Shown here: one piece after another, positions 1 through 12,334 of the stretch
Position numbering within the stretch: the first letter of the stretch is position 1
Layout: every line of letters begins with the position of its first letter
NCBI GenBank assembly: GCA_053919585.1
Contig: CM132812.1
Length of the DNA: 64,000 bases
From: Euprymna scolopes
Lineage: Eukaryota
Reading direction: 5' to 3' (one strand)
Notes under the pieces: generated by a model
The model's database searches: none
The model's input: only the letters and a program-made list of their open reading frames with translations
Told to the model about the DNA's origin: nothing
Program-made: the position numbers and the translations under genes

Positions 1-99
1 GCCACAAATTGTATTTTATTAAATAGATGTGCACAGTAAAAAAATTGTGGTTACAAACATTCCCTTTGCGCCCCCAGGGGCCCCAAAGTAGTGAAAAAT

Positions 100-830
100 G
101 ACCCAAAATGGCCCAAAATGACACATTCTGTCGCATAGCTTTTGATTCATCGATTAGATTTTCCTGTAACTAGGCCAAAATTCTGGCAAAATTCTGGTTC
201 GGGAACTTTCAGTGCTAAAACGCCTCTTTTGTGGCTCTGTTTTAATATTTCCCAACAAAAACTTGATATGTCTGACTATATAGTGGTTTTTCACGGTGAT
301 AAACTCAAATATACATGTGCCTGAAACTGCACCATTATCTATTTACACTGGGATTTGGCGTCCACATGGGTTCAAAATATGTCAGAAATGTCCCAAAAAT
401 TATACTTTTTTGTCCCATAGCGTTTGATCCATCGATTAGATTTTCCTGAAACTTAGCCAAAATGTGGAGGCTATTTTTCTTAATATAAATCCAGTATGGC
501 TGACCCTGGCTAAATTCTAGTTCGCATCCGTGTTGGATATTTAGGGCTAAAAAACATGCCTTTATGGAACTCTTTTTTTTTCATATTACCCAAGAACTTG
601 ATATGTATACCTATATAGTAGTTTTCCATGGTGCTGAATTCAAATATACATGTCTTAAGGCGTGAAACTGCACCGTTTGTCCATTTTCACTGGGATTCGG
701 CGTGTCCAGGAGCTCAAATCGGGTCACAAATGCCCCAAAATTGCAAAAAAAGATACTTTTTACCCATAACTTTTGCTCCATCCATTAGATTTTTCTGAAA
801 CTTGGCGAAATTTTGAAGGCAACGTTGGCC
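100..830. repeat. Degenerate tandem repeat, about 280-350 bp unit, about 2.3 copies
   Basis: Motif ttgatYcatcgattagattttcctgWaact recurs at about 142, 424 and 773. Downstream blocks (aacttgatatgt, caaatatacatgt, tgaaactgcacc) are shared between units. Confidence 0.75.
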
Positions 831-2577
831 CTTCACTAGGTGTATCATAATTTGCGGGAATTTTTGACACTCCTAACAGAAAACTGCGAATAATATATAA
901 AAAAAACCCTCGTAATTTCTCTTTTTAAAGTGGGTTGTTTATTTTCTGTATGGAATATACTTCCAAAATAAACTATTAAAGTTGTTTAAAAATTAATAGA
1001 AATATTATTTTTTATTTAAAAAAAAAAACAGTGGTTACAAAATACGGGCGCGCCTTCATGCAGCCATTTTTTTACGTAATGGAATCAATGGAATTTTACG
1101 AGTTAAATATTTTTCAATTTTTAACATTTAAAAATCTATAAAAAAAATTTCTGTTGCTTCAATTTTTTTCGATATTTTCAGAGTCAATGTGAAATTTTAT
1201 GTTCTTTCTAATAAACTGAATATAATATTTTAGACAAACGTTATTTTTTTTAAATTTACGCCCCATTTTGAAATGTCTATTAAAAATTAAATAATTAATT
1301 TATGTACCAAAGTTTTATATACCACAAATTGAAAATAAAAGATCAATAAATAAAATATTTTAATTTAACACAAAAAAGATGTGTTTTTTGGAAATTTACC
1401 TGTATAATCCAAAGTGTAAAACCATTTTTGGTAAAGCACGTTGATTTTTTTTTAATGAAATCTCATGTTATGCTTATATTGTCAACTAAATAACGGACGC
1501 TGACGGCATTTTTTCTATTTCATTCAGTGTTTTCTTTTTTTAGATATTAAAAAAATCAGTCGATAAAGAAGTATTAAAATATATAAATCAAAAACTCGTG
1601 TAATCCCTTAAGAGATTTTTTTTTAAATCGGTCTACTCGATTTTTTTTTGTTTTAGGGGGAAAACTTATTAGTGAATGTGCGTTATTTTTAATACGGAAA
1701 ACTTATAAGTGAATGTGCGTTATTTTAACTACGGAGGACCAAAAATACTAATTTTGGTTTACATCCCGCATTAAAAAGACATATACATTATGTCCCTTTA
1801 AAGCACCGGAATATAAAGGCGAATAAAATCAGACTTGTTATTATTATTAATAATACATACAGCTATGAAATGTTATTATCTCATATATTATTTGTTTCTG
1901 TGAGAGATTTGTGTAATATGACATAATGAATGACGTCAGACAATGATGAGGTCGTTTATGAATGAATGAATGTACTACTAAAATTCATTGTGTACTTTGC
2001 TTGTTTGTCTGGCTTGCTTGTTATCTTATTCACATAAACATAAAACGATGAGGTCGCACACGAACTGAATGACGTAAAAAGAAGATGACGTAATACATAC
2101 ATCAAATAAATATAGCGGTCAAACACATTGCTTTTACAGAAGGCCTCGTGACCCGTGGAGAGTTTACTCTATTATAAAAAGTATGTATAATTTACTTCTC
2201 AAGATTTTTAATTGTCACCGTGCACATTGTATGAGGGCACAACATGCGAATAATATAAATTAACTGTGATATGATAAGATTGGGATGAAGTAATTTAAAA
2301 TATAAAGAAGGGAAGTGATACGGGATGAGAGAGAAGGGTGAAGTATAATGAATGAGAGGGTTGAAGTGAAAGCGTGTGAATGATTAGTGCGGGCAGAAAG
2401 CGAATTATTAACAAAAAGATGCGGATATTTACTTGAAAATGTGTGACGTCACGAAGTTTTATTTTCTCTTTAAGTCACCAAAGCAGCTATCGTTCATTCT
2501 TTATGTGCACGAATTTCAAATAAATAACTGTTTCGTAAAGAACATGCTTATTAACAATTGTGTTGCCTGTATCCCCC

Positions 2578-2915
2578 CTTTTTTACAAAGAAGTCACCAC
2601 TTATCAGAACCCGGATGCCACTCGAGGATAAGGGTTAATGAGTGTACAGTAGTCAATGAGACAATATCGTAGTAATCGTTAGTAGTGGAAATTTGTCTGT
2701 ATCCCCCCCTTTTTTTACAAAGAAGCCACCACTTATCAGGCAATTTGGTAAATTCGATTACTTAAGGAGGCGAATCATCAAGAACTCGTTTACGTTCGAC
2801 TTGAAGACAATCATATTATAGTTAGAAAAGAAGAAAGTTTCATAGGCGTGCAGTTCTAAGAAAGAAGCTTAGTGGGGGGGATTATTGATAGTGGTTTAAG
2901 ATAGACAAGTGTTTT
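2578..2915 (-). mobile_element. CR1-group LINE family A, short degraded 3' fragment
   Basis: T-run (polyA on minus) followed by caccacttatc...gccactcgaggataagggtt, the same terminal motif as the near-intact copy at 19045-19100. The ORF end (FKSNVNEFL) is recognisable. Confidence 0.85.
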
Positions 2916-3083
2916 TTTTTCTTGACAGTTTAGTAAAGGGGGGTGACTTAAAACGCACTATGTAACATACAAATATCTTCGCATCATGTTGCTAAGCTTA
3001 TCAAAAGCCTTAACACCAGTAAACAACTGGCTTTGGCGGCATTTTAATTATAGTGCTCACAATGCTTTAATCAGAACTAGCTC

Positions 3084-3358
3084 GGTCCTGGATATGACCT
3101 TAAACTATATCCGATGGTGAGGCCCCAGCTTGTGGGCTTTGGGGAGTGTGGAGCCACCCTTTAATTGCCATTGCTCCCAGATCCACTCTGACTGGGAGTG
3201 GTAGTACCTCTTAGGGTCCCAACTATGGGTTAGATAGAAACCAACTTGAAAAAAAATATATATTCTATTAAAAAATTGTTCTTTAAAATCACTGGATTCG
3301 GGATTAAATAACCTTAAAAGGGTTGATATGCCGTAAAACAACCAACCAACCAACCAAC
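3084..3358 (+). mobile_element. SINE-like retroposon with (CAAC)n tail, apparently 5'-truncated
   Basis: 12-bp target-site duplication cagaactagctc at 3072-3083 and 3359-3370, taken from the host LINE (ELA codons). Has a (CAAC)n tail and is non-coding. Confidence 0.85.
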
Positions 3359-4184
3359 CAGAACTAGCTCCTTACAAAGTTCTTTAAACGGTCTTAATAG
3401 AAAATGCTTCCCAGCACCATTGAAATTTTCATAGTTTGTCTTATATTCAAAATTTAGGAGATCGGTCATCTTCTTTTAGTAAACGCCAATATGTCTCCTG
3501 AGCGTAATAATTAAGCTGCTAGAATCTGTCCTAAGTAGAGTAGTGGTTAACGACATCAACAAATAAACCTCGTACTCAGTGACATTCAATATGGCATCTG
3601 CTAGATATACAACTGATGTTCTACCTTTAATATCATACGCAGTTACTTAATCCCTTCATCGGGGTTTCGTTTCTAGAGCAATTGCTTCTTAACATATCCA
3701 AGGCTTTTGATAGGGTATGGCATAAATGCCCGCTTCACAATGCGGAATTTCTGGAAATGTCCTCTCAGTTATTTAAACATTTTTTATAGGCTCATAAGAA
3801 CACAAGTTTATTGGACAGAAATTAGAAGTTCATGGTATCAATGCTGGCGTCCCTCAGAGTTTCATCCGACGCCCAACTCCTTTCTTCGTTTTAATCAATG
3901 ATATCTCAAATCAAATTCTTATATCATTCGTAGATATTTATGCCGATGACACTACCATCTACAGTAACACTTCAAAAGCCGGCAATGACCGATGTCTTTC
4001 TGATTCTCTCATTTTTGATCTTGAGCAAGTGATGTGATTGGGAAAAAGGTGACTAGTTAATGTTAATGCATCAAAAGTAAGCTTCCTTATTTTTACCACC
4101 AACGCTCTGATCCTCATCTGATCTGAATTTAAATGAATGACTCTTATGGTAGCACCATACCTTGACAAACTTCTGCGTCTTATA

Positions 4185-4393
4185 CAGGCGGACCCCCAAA
4201 AAACCAAAAGCTAAATGGAGGCCATCTAGAACATATGCTCTAGAACGGAGAAAAAAAGGGCAAAGATCCTAGTGTTTTGATGTGATGTTCTGAATATAAT
4301 AAACTAGTTATGACCAAAGTTTCATTTCATTCGAACAAAACACTAAGAAACGGTGCCTAATTAGAGTTGGGTCCCGTTTTTTGGGTCACCCTG
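4185..4393. mobile_element. Tc1/mariner-type MITE
   Basis: TA on both sides (4183-84, 4394-95). Imperfect TIRs cagg(c)ggacccccaaaaaac and gttttttgggtcaccctg. Splits the LINE region encoding KLLGLT|FTPDLKWN. Confidence 0.8.
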
Positions 4394-6254
4394 TATTCAT
4401 CCCTAATCTAGACTGGAACATATACACCAAATTCGTTGCCAAGGTCAACGGAAAAAATGTACCGCTTCAGTAGATATCTCAATTTTAATGCTATCCTCTT
4501 TCTGTATAAGAGCCAAGTACACCCTAGAATGGAGTAATTTTGTCACATCGCGGTCGGAGCTGCTCCTATCACCTACCCTGCCTTAACAGTGTTCAAAATC
4601 GGCTTCGAAACCTTGTGAGTGATACCTTTTTGTCTTCCCTGTTAGCCCTTTCCCACAAAAGAGACGTAGCTAGCTTGTCTTTGCTCTATGGTTATTTCTA
4701 TAGCGACTGTTCGTCTCAGCTACAATCTATGATCCTCCATCGTAAAACTTTCACAAACAAAACTCGTCTAGTTTCAATCACTATCGACAATTTCAACATC
4801 TCGCTGTCTGTGCCTAAATCTAAACGTTGATTCCATGAACTAAGCTCCTTTCCTTGAACTGGCCGTCGGTTAAACTGTTCAACTGACCTGCTTTCTAGTT
4901 AAATACAGTATGGTTGTATTCAAGTCCAATGTAAATAAGTTTTTGCTGAACCGTCCTCTGAAACAATCAAATTACACGAAATCATCATATTAACGATTAC
5001 TACACTATTGTCCTGATGATTATCGTACACCCATTAATCCTTATCCTCGAGTGGCCTTTGGGGCATGATAATGTGGTGATTCTCTTGTAAAAAAAAAAAC
5101 AAAAAATAATGTTTACGTTCATGAATCTTTTTTTTTCAAACGAGAATCAATAATTCGTATTATTTAAAAATTTCGGGTTAGTATTCCCATGCTGGTTGTA
5201 GGCAAATACCCAATCATCATTAATATAAAAAATATAGATTTTATTGGAAACTCTAATTCATGTTTTACTATAGCCAACAAAACACAAAATAAATGTGAAA
5301 AATAAAAATAAAACATATGAATCTATAACAAATCAGCATTATCGATGGCAAGATGCGTAACTCTTCTACTTATCTGGATATTTTTTCGTATTTTAACTTA
5401 TTTTAAGCTGTTCATTTACCTTGAAACAAATGTAAAACCTAGTTAGAATTAAAAAAAATCTTGTTTTTATAGCCGTTTAACTCTTTTGTAATCACAAAAA
5501 ATTGATAATTACAAAAATATCGATAGAAACAAATATGTATCACCAATCGTTTACAATTGTAATGTTTTACCGGTACTTTGTTTGATTTTCTATATTTGAT
5601 CTATTATCGACAGTTCAAGTATCTAAAACAAAACCGTATGTTTTTCGTTGTCACTTACAGACTTGACACAACTTTTATAAACGCTTATTATAACTTTTTA
5701 TAATAAGTAAACACAAAAATCTTACGTAGGCAGGTAAAAGAGTAACTTATATTGCCTTTGGTCACATTTATTGTATCTTAAACATTTCGCGTATTTATTT
5801 TATTAGGCTATTGTAAAAGATGCCCGAAAATCTAGCCGTATTTGATATGTTTATACCTTACTTTTTTAGACATTCTATGTTTAATAATAAAAATTCTATT
5901 ATCCGAGTTTGATTACATTTTTCGTTCATTGTCAAATTTCTAAAGCCTAACAAAATAATACAAAAGCGGCGGTCGGTGTAAACAATCTATGTTTATGTTC
6001 CAGACAGATTTGAATCTCTATACAAATTCACTGCACGCATCGTGTTTACACCTATTACTTATAATCATATATAGAATATGCAATCAGCTTGTTTAAATTA
6101 ATAAACTACTGGGTTTTGTTTTCTATATAAGACACATTAAATGACTTGGCCTAGCCATTCTTTGATAATGGCTCTCACATTAAACACTTTCAGCAAAAAA
6201 AAAACAAAAACAAAAACAAAAAAAGAAACGCTGAGTCAAATTCTTTATATTTTG

Positions 6255-6785
6255 TTTAGCCTTCCTATCCTGCCTTGACAAACTTCTAAACCAGCTTCGA
6301 AATCTAGTAGGAGAAGCCGTTTTTACCTTTCTAACTAATTTCCACAGAAGAGATATTGCTAGCATGTCCCTTCTCTATCGTTATTTTCACGACAAGTGTC
6401 CATCTAAGTTTTAATCTATAATTACTCCCTTGCCAAACTTTCGCAAAAAACACTCGTCTACCTACAAGGACCATCAACAGTTTCACCCACTCAATATCTG
6501 TACCTTTATCCAAACTCAAATTTCATTAACAAAGCATCTCTCCTAGACATTCCCACGCGTGGCACACTATTCCCCTGACATGTTTTGCAGATGACTATAA
6601 TATGATTGTCTTCAAGTCCAATGAAAACAAGTTCCTGTTGAGCCGCCCCTAAATAATCAATTTTTAATATTTCCACCACTAACTAATAATATGCTGTTGT
6701 CTCAGGGAATACCGTACATTCATTAACCTTTATACTCGAGTGGCTTTCAGAGCTTGATAAGTGGTGACTTCATGTAAAAAAAAAA
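6255..6785 (+). mobile_element. CR1-group LINE family A 3' fragment
   Basis: Remnants of LSCLDK...HRRDIASMSLLYRYFH, then FKSN, the 3' motif ccttTatactcgagtggc...gataagtggtgac and polyA. Confidence 0.85.
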
Positions 6786-7007
6786 CATCGTTTACGTTTG
6801 TGATTTTTTTTTAGATAAGGATTGATTATTCGTATTATTTGGATTCTTAGTACTTCCATCTTGGCTGCAATATTCAAAATATTTTTTTCAAATTTAATAC
6901 CCGACTGTATTCAAGTAAACCTATCCATCGAATTAGGAAACTAAGGTAAGATAGAACTATAAACAAAAATTTGGATTCAAACACTTATGTATAGATCAAC
7001 ACATCTA

Positions 7008-7009
<2 letters not shown>

Positions 7010-7072
<63 letters not shown>
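7010..7072. repeat. (TTA)n microsatellite
   Basis: Direct reading of the sequence. Confidence 0.95.
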
Positions 7073-7074
<2 letters not shown>

Positions 7075-7149
7075 TTAACTGAATAAAATAACATTACAAT
7101 TAAGACGTATATATCCGTGAAACCCCTAAAATTAATTAAGAAACATAAG

Positions 7150-7487
7150 AATAAAAAATAACAACATTCTACTCGTCTTATATTATAACCTGCACCTCCC
7201 AATCATAGAAGCTCTACCCATTCGCATAAACAAAGCGGCCATCAATCAAGCTCAACATGAAAGTCTTTTAACCCATTTTAATCAACTTTTTCGATGAATT
7301 CACTAAAGGCAACTTTTTAATTCATCACTCGTCTGAAGACGAAAACGTTCGCAACTATGGGGAATGTCTTTTTACAATCGAACAGGACGTTCGAACATTG
7401 GCCCACAAAATGGAAAAGATCGCAAGAGAAAAAAACAGGACTTATCTCTGCTGTTCAATGAAACATGCATAATAGAGAAACCACTGC

Positions 7488-7490
<3 letters not shown>
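7150..7490 (+). mobile_element. Penelope-like element remnant (GIY-YIG C-terminus followed by ORF N-terminal motif), ending in (TA)n
   Basis: Translates as LPIIEALPIRINKAAINQ, matching the PLE endonuclease end LxIxEALxIxxxKPxIN. It then reads VRTLAHKMEK...SLLFNETCIIEKPLPIY, matching the PLE N-terminal motif FNxxCxxExLxPxY. This order is the partial-tandem pLTR arrangement. Confidence 0.65.
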
Positions 7491-7555
<65 letters not shown>

Positions 7556-7559
7556 AATT

Positions 7560-8279
7560 AGAAAATATATATATGGCAATTAAGCTACACAGAATATTCC
7601 GGGTTTCATCCATACTAGGATTCGTCTGGCTTATGCGAAGAGTTGTAGTCTCGTGTTTTTATATACGCATATTCTATTGAATATTTAGTCAACCAATCAG
7701 CTTCCTAGTTTCCACCGCTCCCCTCCTAATCAGCCAATGGGCAGGCACTTACCGAACAAAGGTCCAGTTGACATTATTTTGAACCCTTTGTGTGTGCTTA
7801 TTTAGCAGGGAGTGTAGGTATCTAGTGAGTTGACCTATTTTGAACCTATATGTAGTTAAATGTGTTTTTTTAATATTATGCTAGTTTATATATATGTGTA
7901 TATATATATATACATATATATATGTACGATAATTTATGTATATGTATGTTTATTTTATATATTTATTTTCTATTGTATTGTTAATTAAAAAATTATTTTA
8001 TAACGCTATCCTAGAGTAGATTTATCCCGTGAACACAGTTGTTCGCTATTTCTCTCATAGAGTTTAATTTGACGTTGGTGTTCTTTAAAGTATAGGATAG
8101 CAAATTTTTCATGAAGGCATAATTTATATGGCTCGTCTAGGTCTCTCCATTTGTTTGCTTGTCTTACTATTTTCTATTCGACTACTGGCGAATGCCCGCT
8201 TTCTTTGTGGTCCCAGTATTTGTTTGTTAGTTTTGTTTTCATTCGTTTTTTTCTTTTTTAACGTACTCATACGTAGTCA

Positions 8280-8280
<1 letters not shown>
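7560..8280 (-). mobile_element. Neptune-type Penelope-like element 3' remnant with hammerhead-bearing terminal region
   Basis: Minus strand about 8245-8010 reads TKLTNKYWDHKESGHSPVVE*KIVRQANKWRDLDEPYKLCLHEKFAILYF...RNSEQLCSRDKSTL. This matches the Neptune-type endonuclease C-terminus TxLSxYxWxLK...WxI...CxLCLxEKxxI...RxE...CxH. A hammerhead lies downstream at 7581-7633. Confidence 0.75.
7581..7633 (-). ncRNA. Type I hammerhead ribozyme motif with one core mutation
   Basis: Minus strand: taagc-CAGACGA-atcc tagtat ggat-GAAA-c ccggaatattctgt g-TA-gctta. Stem I is 5 bp, stem II is 4 bp and stem III is near-palindromic. The core is CAGACGA instead of CUGANGA. Confidence 0.7.
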
Positions 8281-8327
<47 letters not shown>

Positions 8328-8572
8328 CTGTATTTGTTTACAGCAAACTTGGCTATGTTTTTAAGATTTTATTTTAATTAATGTTGATTGCGAATGTCAA
8401 GCCGTGAATTTAAACGAATATTTCTAACGTATCGTATTATGACTCATAGCAATCGGTGGTTGCGAAGTTGGTTGAGAAGTTTCGGTATTTTGTTCGACAT
8501 ATTACTGATACGCATACCTGTATAAATTACTTGTAATCTTGTGTTGTGCATAAACTATTATTACAGTTTTGG

Positions 8573-9325
8573 TCATTGGGATTCGTCGGAATGGAATGTT
8601 CCTGGTGAAAGGAAAGGACGAACAAAATCCGAAATAATTTTTCCAGCATCACCCGAATTATTTTTAATTGCATATCGATCTTCGGAACCGTTGTGGTCAT
8701 GATCAGCGTTAATGATACCGTTGATGACATAGTCAGCGTCGTACTCTTTGCCATCAGAATCAACTTCCTGGAAGTAGTCTTTTGATAATTGTATCTCGGT
8801 CCATTCCTCAGAAATCATGGATAAGGAATCGGACGAGTCCTTGTTGTCTTTTTCGGTCGCCCTATTATCTGATACGGGTTCTTGAAAAGTGTGTTTCTCG
8901 GGTGTAAGGAAAGGCCTCACTTCCGTTGTTTCAAAAAGAGCAGACATTTCAGTCGACGGACGGGCGCCACCCTTTGCAAAATATTGCGTTCTGCTGGGAA
9001 AATTGCAGGCCGCATCATCCAATCCAGGGAACACACATCGGGGTCCAGGATATACGCTCACGAGTGGTTTCCAAAATTGCGATGGGATATCCTTATAGGC
9101 TTTAGTATCGATTTTCTTAGAAAGAAATGTGAGTTGCTTGAGTGGAGCAAAACGCGGCGATTTCTCCCTTAGTTTATTTTCAGCCTCTCTATGTTGAGCA
9201 TATGAGATAGTTTTAACTCTGTCGAGGCTTCCGCTTCCTTGTGTTTTAAAAAAAGAAGGTATGGACGTGCTGTTTTCGTTATTAGCTGGGCGACAGCACC
9301 ACATCTGCAGAAGCGTGTTTCCCAT
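8573..9325 (-). CDS. Intronless orphan ORF, 250 aa, putatively N-terminally lipidated (MGNTLLQMWCC), with acidic Ser-rich C-terminal half
   Basis: 753-bp stop-free frame in AT-rich DNA with higher GC than the flanks. The ATG is in aaaATGg context. No TE domain or known family was recognised. Confidence 0.55.
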   Translation of the reverse strand: MGNTLLQMWCCRPANNENSTSIPSFFKTQGSGSLDRVKTISYAQHREAENKLREKSPRFAPLKQLTFLSKKIDTKAYKDIPSQFWKPLVSVYPGPRCVFPGLDDAACNFPSRTQYFAKGGARPSTEMSALFETTEVRPFLTPEKHTFQEPVSDNRATEKDNKDSSDSLSMISEEWTEIQLSKDYFQEVDSDGKEYDADYVINGIINADHDHNGSEDRYAIKNNSGDAGKIISDFVRPFLSPGTFHSDESQ

Positions 9326-10509
9326 TTTATATAGTGTGTAGTGGTCTGTGTAATCATTTATTTCTACTTTTTTGTTGATTTCTCTGAAATTTAAAACAGA
9401 AAACACCATATTACATCAATACAATTTTTTTAATGCAAAAAACATTCTTATCGTCTTTATAAATGTATTCTGATAAGCAAAAGTTTATATGCTTAGATAA
9501 CAAAAGATAAAAGTACTGTTCGTATTATTTGGAGGATTCGGACTAGTTTTTATTGTGAGTGTTAGTTGCACAACGTTTCAGTCGATGTTACCTCAGACTT
9601 TTTAAGGTGCATCTTGTCGAACTCAGTAATCAGTCCGTCGGAAATCTGCACCGAATTTACAACCAACCTTCTTATTTCATCCTTGCGTAAGGATCCGTGC
9701 TTTAGTGGATAGAATTATTGGTAGTAATAAGATCTACGTGAAAGTTTTCTGGGTGCTAAAATTTCAATCTTACTGCGAGCGACACTAAAATACAATTGAA
9801 ATTTACTTTGCGTTTGGACCCAGTGATAAGTGACGAAACGAAAACAGAAAGGTGCACCAGTTTGACAAGATATCCTGAAAGATTAGAGGTTACATCAACC
9901 GAAACGTGATGCAAATTACACTTAAGATGTGAATAGTAGTCCAAATAATTTGAACAAACCGAATACCAAGCCACGTCTAAAATAAATGCAGAAATATAAT
10001 ATAAAAGCATTGAATAACCAACAGTCAATGTTCCGTAAACAAAATGTAAAACAATAAATTATAACTTGGACCAAACGCAGTAGAATTTCTATTATACGTA
10101 TACATGAATGCTTTTTAGGTGTTGAAATGCCTTTAAGATTTTTCCATTTAATTTCAACATTTTATTTCATTTAAATCTTACGATTCACAAAACATAATAA
10201 TAACCGCTTTAATTTATTCTTCACAGTTGATTGCTTTGTTTAGTTAATTGCAGAAAAAGTTAGTGAAAGGCATGTGCTACTCATACTTAAGTGTTACGTC
10301 ACATCCGGAAGCTATTTTTGATTTTTGTGTGTCGATAAATACAGCTTAATTAAAATTGAACAAATTGAAAAAATATATATATAGAAAGTTTCAATGCGAG
10401 AAAAGTGCACTTCTACAGAATGCTTGAAATAATCAACCTGACAAAATAAAACATACAATTTATTTTCGATGAAAATAGCTCCAGACATACTATAAAGCCT
10501 CTAGATGTA

Positions 10510-11120
10510 CCGAGTGAATCCATAAAATTGACACCCTAAAAAAAATCTCTACAGCTTTATTTTAAAACTTTTATTGAAAAAAATATATTCAGGTAATTCT
10601 AATAATATAGTAGAGCTGACATCTATTCAATGTAGCCGTTTTCAGTCTCAATCACCGCCTCGATACGGGTCCGGAATTGGGAGCCTGCCATTGACACAAA
10701 CGACGGCGGAAACTCGGCGAATACTCGGCGAATGGCGGCGATCAAGCTGTCTTTGGTGTTGAGGTCATGTTGGAGATGTTCTTGATGTACGACCAAACAA
10801 AGTAGTCCGGCAGGTTCAAGTCGGAGAGGCGGAGGATCAATGACAGAGTGGTACAAAGTCGTAGCACTTATTCTGAAGCCAAGCCTGAGTCTCTTTCGAC
10901 TTGTAGGTTAGTGTTGAGTCATTCTCTCACACCCAGGGTCTGTCAGCTGCCACCTAATTGCACTAGAGGATCACCACACTCTTCAGCACAATCAGGTACA
11001 TTTTGGTGTTGACTTTCGAAAATGTGAGGTGACATGATGTGGCCCTAACTCGACCCTATACCAAAGACCATAACCGTGGCCGGGAACTTTGTTTTCATCA
11101 TCCTGGACACGCCCTCGCTA
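10510..11120 (-). mobile_element. Tc1/mariner (maT/DD37D-like) transposase pseudogene, 3' half
   Basis: Frameshifted translation: MKTKFPATVMVFG...KVNTKMYL...RPWV..DS...KSKETQAWL..CYDFVP...PDLNxxDYFVWSY...LIAAIRRVFAE...FRTRIEAVIETENGYIE*. A TIR-like end tacCgagtgaatccataaaattgacacc lies at about 10508. Confidence 0.8.
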
Positions 11121-12334
11121 TTCGTGGAAATCTAGCTAGGAATCTTGAGGGTGCTAACTATGGTCTTGTTGCCATAACTTGAATTATACAGCAGCGCATC
11201 TCCGGTCTCGCTCGTTAAACAACTTGTCACATTAAGACCCCAATCGCTTTGGGATGTGTATACACCTGGCCAACTAGAAGAGAATCTGCAGCAAAAAAAG
11301 AAAACCGGTTTTCTTCAAACGGAAATGGAATCATGTGGTATTTTCTATGTCGTATCACCCTATAAAGAACTAATAAAGCAAAAGAAAATGCTACTTAATG
11401 GTCAAAAACCTACAAACAGTTAGTGATAGATGGATGAGTTCTTAACCCGGAAACAGAAATTACCCCTATTTTGCCAGAAACATAGCATATAAGAACGAAA
11501 GGATAAAATGGGTTGTAACGTTAAGTTAAATAAAGTTTAGTTTTCTTCATTTTTTTCCGCAAACGCATCCGTAGAATACTCAGATATCTATTACCGCCCT
11601 TTCTGTCGACATGTATATTTACATAATAATTTCAGTAGTAGTGGTAGTACATAATTAAAGGAAGAATAACTGAATATTCATAAGTTTATTCAACAAAATT
11701 CTACAATGTCAACCGAATGGAAACAGTAACAACTATAAATCAAGTGGCTCAAATAATATATCATAGCATTACTAATACAATAATCAATAAAAATCAGAAT
11801 AATAATCACATGAATCACTGATCATTGTGCAGATTATTGTTGATGATGAGCAAAAAGTTTTGCGATTGTTGACTTCATATTTGATAGAAAAAATCTTTGA
11901 TCACAAGTTTTCACTCCATCCATTTGTTTTCTGTTCCTAGAACCCATTCGATAGATGAGAAAGACTTGCTGTAAATATGAATCATGTCATGTGAATCCAT
12001 CAGGTTCAATAAACACTAGGTATGGTCAAAAATAAACGAATAAGGATAGGGGGAAACAGTTTTGAAAGCCGATTTATCATAATTTTTTGTAAGTTTCCGA
12101 CTACTTTTTAATTGTATTTGAAAGATTAATAATTAAACTTAATTTCCAAAAGAAAAAAAAATATATTTGTACACATGAAAAAATAGGGGGGGGGGGAAAG
12201 CTAACCAATTCAGCTAAATTGTGAAGTTAAATAAATTCATTGTAAAAATCCTTTAAAAGATAAATATTAGTTTTCTGGGTCTATTTTAAAGATAATTAGT
12301 AAATTAAAGTTTTTTTTTAATTCAATCTTCACTC

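Larger units (their letters stand above)
2960..5099 (+). mobile_element. CR1-group LINE family A, degraded 5'-truncated copy interrupted by a SINE and a MITE
   Basis: Frameshifted RT remnants: VAKLIKSL, ELA, KLLESVL, SKAFDRVWHK, GVPQ, YADDTTIY and HKRDVASLSLLYGYF. Ends in the family 3' stem-loop plus polyA at about 5089. Confidence 0.9.

Noticed and set aside
9566-9612. Hammerhead-like PLE end motif on the minus strand (cac-CTTAAAA-aagtc...gact-GAAACGTT-gtg)
   Set aside because: The core is too degenerate to call; it may be an old relic.
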